Source of the DNA: Bdellovibrionales bacterium
GTDB lineage: Bacteria; Bdellovibrionota; Bdellovibrionia; Bdellovibrionales; JAUICD01
Direction of reading: 5' to 3'
NCBI GenBank assembly: GCA_965262715.1
Contig: OZ253553.1
Coordinates: 128,001-192,000 of the forward strand
Length of the DNA: 64,000 nucleotides
A program made the translations under genes and the position numbers. Shown in pieces: positions 62,525 through 64,000 of this stretch (positions are counted from its first letter, which is position 1; the number at the start of each line of letters is the position of its first letter). The notes below the pieces were generated by a model. The model had not been told where the DNA came from, did not search any database, and saw nothing but the letters and a program-made list of their open reading frames with translations.

Positions 62525-63268
62525 ATGAAATACCATTCTATATTTATATTCTTTCTTGCATTTACTCTCGTGGCTTGCGCCCCTTACAATGATGCTTCAT
62601 GGAATCAAGCTTTAGACAGACTTCAAGGTGTTGTCGATTCTGCTGATCCAGGTTCTCTAGTACAGACAGATATTTTAGATATTCAGTGGAGTCTTTTACA
62701 TAATGAAGAAGGTAATAGCAACAATAGTGGTTTACCTCCAAATTTTAATCCTCTTGGCAATAATGAAGAAAGTAGTGGTGATAGCACTGGTATTACTGCA
62801 TACAAGATGGAAATTACAGATGTCAATACCAATACAAGCACAACTCTGACCTATAACTTTAGAGATGCAGTCAATATTGAAGGAACAAGCATTATTCTTT
62901 TAGCTTCTCAAGAAGACCTAAATTCTTCCTCAAGTCTTGTTACCACAAAAGTCCTTAAAATTGATACGAATGAAGAAACAGTAGAAGAAACCTCTTCAGG
63001 CACTACCCATACTATTTTAGGTACTATCCAAAAGATCACAGGTATGGCTGGAACTATCCTACTCAACCAATTAAGAAATAATAATAATGGAGAACCTATA
63101 TCTATCACATCATATATTGGTCAAACAGAAGCTTTTTTCTTACTAAGCATTGAGTACCCATTACCTGACACAAACCCAACTGATCACACTCTTTTTTATG
63201 CAACAGATTTAGTGCAACAGAGCTTAGATGGTATTTTAGCGACACCAAGAAGAATAACAAATCGGTAA
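62525..63268 (+). CDS. Hypothetical lipoprotein
   Basis: Lipobox LVAC, S/T/N-rich. Confidence 0.75.
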   Translation: MKYHSIFIFFLAFTLVACAPYNDASWNQALDRLQGVVDSADPGSLVQTDILDIQWSLLHNEEGNSNNSGLPPNFNPLGNNEESSGDSTGITAYKMEITDVNTNTSTTLTYNFRDAVNIEGTSIILLASQEDLNSSSSLVTTKVLKIDTNEETVEETSSGTTHTILGTIQKITGMAGTILLNQLRNNNNGEPISITSYIGQTEAFFLLSIEYPLPDTNPTDHTLFYATDLVQQSLDGILATPRRITNR

Positions 63269-63370
63269 TAACAGTAGGATTTACTGCTCAATATCATATA
63301 ATTCCAATATTTCTCTTGAACTAGCCTTCTGATTATGAATCAAAGAAATGACTGAGGTGTTATTTTAAGG

Positions 63371-64000
63371 TTATTTTAAGGCTCTTTTAAGTATTTTTCC
63401 TATATGACTTTTAGGTAGGCTCTTTCGAAATTCAATATATTTCGGGACTTTATAAGCTACGAGGTGTTTCTTACAATATTCCATAATACTACCTTTTGAG
63501 ATATCATCATTTTTAGGCACAATAAATACACAAACAACCTCTCCTGATCTGTCATGAGGAACACCAATTGCTGCAACTTCTAGAACATCAGGATGTTCTG
63601 CAAGTACATCTTCGACTTCATTAGGATAGACATTAAATCCAGAAACTAAAATCATGTCTTTTTTTCTATCAATAATTTTTAAGAAGCCTCCATCCTCAAA
63701 AAGAGCAATATCTCCTGTTTTTAGCCATCCGTCCTCAGAAAGGACTTGTTTTGTTTCTTCTTCTTGTTGCCAATAGCCTTTCATGACTTGTGGCCCTCTC
63801 AGACATAGTTCTCCTGCTCCTTTAAAAGATACATTTTTCCCCTTATCATCGATTAACTTAATTTCAGTAGATGGAAGGGGAAGTCCAATAGAGCCTACCC
63901 GTTCTTTTCCATCAAGAGGATTACAAGTAACAACAGGGGAAGCCTCTGTTAGTCCATAACCTTCTACGATGACTTGTCCTGTATTTACATACCATTGATC
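63371..64000 (-). CDS. fadD: Long-chain fatty acid--CoA ligase (5'-partial)
   Basis: EGYGLTEASP upstream of the called ORF, GWLKTGD, DRKKDMILVSGFNVYPNEVE, LPKSHIGKILK. Confidence 0.9.
   Translation of the reverse strand, partial: DQWYVNTGQVIVEGYGLTEASPVVTCNPLDGKERVGSIGLPLPSTEIKLIDDKGKNVSFKGAGELCLRGPQVMKGYWQQEEETKQVLSEDGWLKTGDIALFEDGGFLKIIDRKKDMILVSGFNVYPNEVEDVLAEHPDVLEVAAIGVPHDRSGEVVCVFIVPKNDDISKGSIMEYCKKHLVAYKVPKYIEFRKSLPKSHIGKILKRALK

Overview
AT-rich bacterial chromosomal window, most consistent with a Bdellovibrionota-like genome. This is an inference from the many F/Y-x-N-C type lipoproteins, a CFI-box-CTERM protein and the S2P-trpS-scpA-scpB and mdh/sucCD/ndk clusters. Housekeeping genes (batB/batC-like, threonine ammonia-lyase, mreB, ndk, sucCD, mdh, ligA, ltaE, folE, hmgA, trpS, scpAB, tolQRA, nusG, secE, acyl-CoA ligase) are interleaved with accessory secreted or lipoprotein genes, an MNT/HEPN-type pair, three ISs (IS1634, IS5/IS903 group, IS3) and at least five families of small non-coding repeats. 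Main highlights: (1) An IS1634 element (4137-6092) is flanked exactly at its ends by an apparently perfect 1,340-bp direct repeat, which looks like a giant target-site duplication inside a lipoprotein gene. (2) A ~150-bp intergenic element occurs in about 10 copies; its sequence varies but its multi-stem fold and bulges are kept by compensatory changes. (3) Two identical copies of that element bracket a small Avd/IVS-like four-helix-bundle gene, which also carries an arm of a separate 8-mer-periodic palindrome family. (4) Two ISs lack target duplications and abut gene remnants, suggesting IS-adjacent deletions. (5) There is a secreted ADP-ribosyltransferase-like gene and an apparently split metalloprotease/propeptide cluster. 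No rRNA, tRNA or CRISPR array was recognised. All calls were made by eye, without database searches.
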